Source of the DNA: Actinoplanes sp. N902-109
GTDB taxonomy: Bacteria > Actinomycetota > Actinomycetes > Mycobacteriales > Micromonosporaceae
Length of the DNA: 32,000 nucleotides
Assembly (NCBI RefSeq): GCF_000389965.1
Contig: NC_021191.1
Span: 1,959,104 to 1,991,103 of the forward strand
Reading direction: 5' to 3'
The first letter of the stretch is position 1, and each line of letters opens with the position of its first letter. Below are positions 29,939 to 32,000 of the stretch, one piece after another. The translations under genes and the position numbers were made by a program. Under the pieces are notes generated by a model. It had not been told where the DNA came from. It saw nothing but the letters and a program-made list of their open reading frames with translations, and made no database searches.

Positions 29939-32000
29939 ATGGCCGCTCCCAAGCAGGTTGCCCCGGGCCGGGCAACCACGACCCGAGCCTCGGCCCGGGC
30001 CGCCAGCGCCGCCACCCCGGCCGGGCGCCCGGCCGCCAAGCCCACCGTCAAGCGCGTGGCTGCCGCGACGTCGACCACCACCCGCCCCAAGGCCGCATCG
30101 GCATCGGCGCCTCCGAAGGGTGCTGCTGCCGCCAAGACCGGTGCTGCCTCGAAGGCTTCGGGCAAGGCTGCTTCGGGCGCGGGCTCCACGGCATCCTCGG
30201 CCAAGGCTTCCGTCTCGACGACCGCCGCGAAGGGTGCCGCGGCGAAAGCCCCGACGGGCTCGACGGGCTCGACGGCTAAGGCATCGACCGCCAAGAGCGC
30301 TTCCGTCAAGGCCGGCACCGCCACCAAGACCACCGCCGCGAAGTCCGCCGCCGCTGCGAAGTCTGCCGCCACCAAGACCGCCGCCGCGAAGACTGGCGCC
30401 GCTGCGAAGTCCGGCGCGACGAAGACTGTCGCCGCTGCGAAGTCTGGCGCGACGAAGACTGGTACCGCTGCGAAGTCCGGCGCGACGAAGACTGTCGCCG
30501 CGAAGACCGCCGCTACCAAGACCGCTGCCGTGAAGACCGCTGCTGCGAAGTCCGGCACTGTTGCGAAGTCCGGCGCGACCAAGGTTGCTGCCGTGAAGGG
30601 TGGCGCCGCCAATTCCGGCGTGAGCAAGGGTTCCGCCGCGAAGGCCGGCGTGAGCAAGGTTCCTGCCGCGACGGCCGGCGCGAGCAAGGCCGGGGCGGCT
30701 AAAGCTGGTGCGGGCAAGCCGGTCGCCAAGCGCATCGCCGCCGCGACGTCGACGACGGCCAAGCCGACCGTCAGCGCTTCCGCGACCGATGCCGGCACCA
30801 AGTCGGCCCCCGCGAAGCGCACGGCTGCGTCGTCCACGACAGGTGCCGCGAAGCGCACGGCTGCGTCGTCCACGACAGGTCCCGCGAAGCGCACGGCTGC
30901 GTCGACCACGACAGGTGCCACGAAGCGCACCGCTGCGTCGACCACGACAGGTGCCACGAAGCGCACCGCTGCGGCCGCCAAGACCGCCGCTGCCAAGCCT
31001 GCCACCGCCAAAGCCAGCGTCACCGACGTCGGCGCCGCGGCCACCGCCACGACGACCGGCACCGCCGCCAAGGCTGGTGTCGCCAGGGCCGGTGTCGCCA
31101 AGAAGGTGTCCGCAGCCAAGAGTGTGGCACCGAAGGCACCGGCTTCGAAGGCTCTGGCTTCGAAGGCTCCGGCTTCGAGGACCACGGCGAAAAAGGCGCC
31201 GGCGACGAAGGCTTCGGCGAAGAACGTTCCGGCGACGAAGGCGGCTACCAAGTCGACGACTCGTTCGACGGCGAAGTCGGCATCCGCTCGGATCGGCGGC
31301 GTTGCTGCCACGGCGGCTTCGGCGGGGAGCGGCGCGGCGGCTTCGGCGGGGAGCGGCGCGGCGCGGAAGGCCACCGGGAAAGCGGCGGCTCCCACCCGGA
31401 ACGCCACCACGAGCGCCACCAGGAGTGCCGGCAAGGCCGCTACCACCAGCGGCACCAAGTCCACCGCGAGCAAGGCCACGGCGAGCAAGGCCACGGCAAG
31501 CAAGGCCACGGCGAGCAAGGCCACGGCGAGCAAGTCCACCGCGAGCAAGGCCACGGCGTCGAAGGCGACGAGCGGCAAGGCTACCGGCGCTGAGGCGGCA
31601 GGCGCCAAGGCGACGGGCGGGAAGGGCTCTGCTGCGAAGTCCGCTGCCAAGTCGGCCGCTACCAAGGCTGCGACGACGGCCAAGTCGGCAATGGCCAAGG
31701 CAACCACCGCAGCGAAGTCCATGACCAGCAGCAAGACGGCCCAAGCTTCCAAGACGGCCCAGGCTGCCAAGACGGCCCAGGCTGCCAAGACGGCCCAGGC
31801 TGCCAAGACGGCTCAGCCGTCCAAGACGACCCTTGCGAAGGCGACCGCGACCAAGACAGCCGCGGCGAAGGCGACCGCCGGCAGGACAGCAGCCAAGCCC
31901 GCCGCGGCGAAGGCCACCGCAGCCAGAGCCACCGCGGGCAAGCCGGCGGCCACCACCAGTACGGGGGCGAAGGTGACCGCTGCCAGGGCGGGCGCGGGCA
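29939..32000 (+). CDS. Very large Ala/Lys/Thr/Ser-rich repetitive basic protein (histone H1-like / HU-tail-like low complexity), 3'-truncated by the window edge
   Basis: ATG 29939 lies 7 nt after a strong AAGGAGGA RBS. I read the frame by hand to 32000 with no stop, and G/C dominates third positions. The protein is MAAPKQVAPGRATTTRAS... followed by (A/T/S)xK repeats. It is missing from the ORF track because it has no stop. The listed ORFs 29830..31806(-), 29915..31744(-) and 30708..31724(+) are its shadow frames. Confidence 0.7.
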   Translation, partial: MAAPKQVAPGRATTTRASARAASAATPAGRPAAKPTVKRVAAATSTTTRPKAASASAPPKGAAAAKTGAASKASGKAASGAGSTASSAKASVSTTAAKGAAAKAPTGSTGSTAKASTAKSASVKAGTATKTTAAKSAAAAKSAATKTAAAKTGAAAKSGATKTVAAAKSGATKTGTAAKSGATKTVAAKTAATKTAAVKTAAAKSGTVAKSGATKVAAVKGGAANSGVSKGSAAKAGVSKVPAATAGASKAGAAKAGAGKPVAKRIAAATSTTAKPTVSASATDAGTKSAPAKRTAASSTTGAAKRTAASSTTGPAKRTAASTTTGATKRTAASTTTGATKRTAAAAKTAAAKPATAKASVTDVGAAATATTTGTAAKAGVARAGVAKKVSAAKSVAPKAPASKALASKAPASRTTAKKAPATKASAKNVPATKAATKSTTRSTAKSASARIGGVAATAASAGSGAAASAGSGAARKATGKAAAPTRNATTSATRSAGKAATTSGTKSTASKATASKATASKATASKATASKSTASKATASKATSGKATGAEAAGAKATGGKGSAAKSAAKSAATKAATTAKSAMAKATTAAKSMTSSKTAQASKTAQAAKTAQAAKTAQAAKTAQPSKTTLAKATATKTAAAKATAGRTAAKPAAAKATAARATAGKPAATTSTGAKVTAARAGAG

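Noticed and set aside
29830-31806. 658-aa minus-strand ORF (Ala/Val/Leu-rich), plus 29915..31744 (-) and 30708..31724 (+)
   Set aside because: The + frame from ATG 29939 has a strong RBS, G/C-dominated third positions and no stop to the window edge. These alternatives lack an RBS and are complements or frameshifts of the GCN-AAG repeat pattern.

Overview
High-GC actinomycete chromosome, with gene content and style consistent with Actinoplanes/Micromonosporaceae (I cannot verify this). The centre of the window, about 5.3-23.9 kb, is an organofluorine (fluorinase) biosynthetic gene cluster. It encodes a FlA-type fluorinase (14742-15638) that carries the fluorinase-specific loop and the fluoride-site Ser. 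It also encodes an FlB-type 5'-FDA phosphorylase, an MtnA-type 5-FDRP isomerase, and the two-domain 4-fluorothreonine transaldolase (SHMT-like plus class II aldolase-like). A divergent FthB-like tRNA deacylase / FthC-like EamA exporter pair is present, along with an FlH-like cation:proton antiporter. A co-localised SAM/adenine recycling set is also there: MetK, SAH hydrolase, adenosine kinase and APRT. Regulators (XRE-cupin, LuxR response regulator) and three unassigned enzymes sit inside or at the edge of the cluster: an Lnu-like nucleotidyltransferase, an atypical GAPDH-like dehydrogenase and a Thr/Ser dehydratase-like protein. No stand-alone 5-FDRulP aldolase, aldehyde dehydrogenase or FlK thioesterase lies in the window. 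Fluorinase clusters are known (S. cattleya; genome-mined homologues in Streptomyces sp. MA37, Nocardia brasiliensis, Actinoplanes sp. N902-109), so novelty lies in the architecture and accessory genes rather than the chemistry. Other notable structure: in-frame tandem repeats that copy gene 3' ends including their stop codons, at two convergent gene junctions, and a >=687-aa Ala/Lys/Thr/Ser-rich repetitive basic protein running off the right edge that the ORF track misses. Flanks are housekeeping: rnpB, VOC/MarR, SSF transporter, GH18 chitinase, ribA, M15 peptidase, methyltransferase and asd. Many long ORFs in the track are GC-driven shadow frames.
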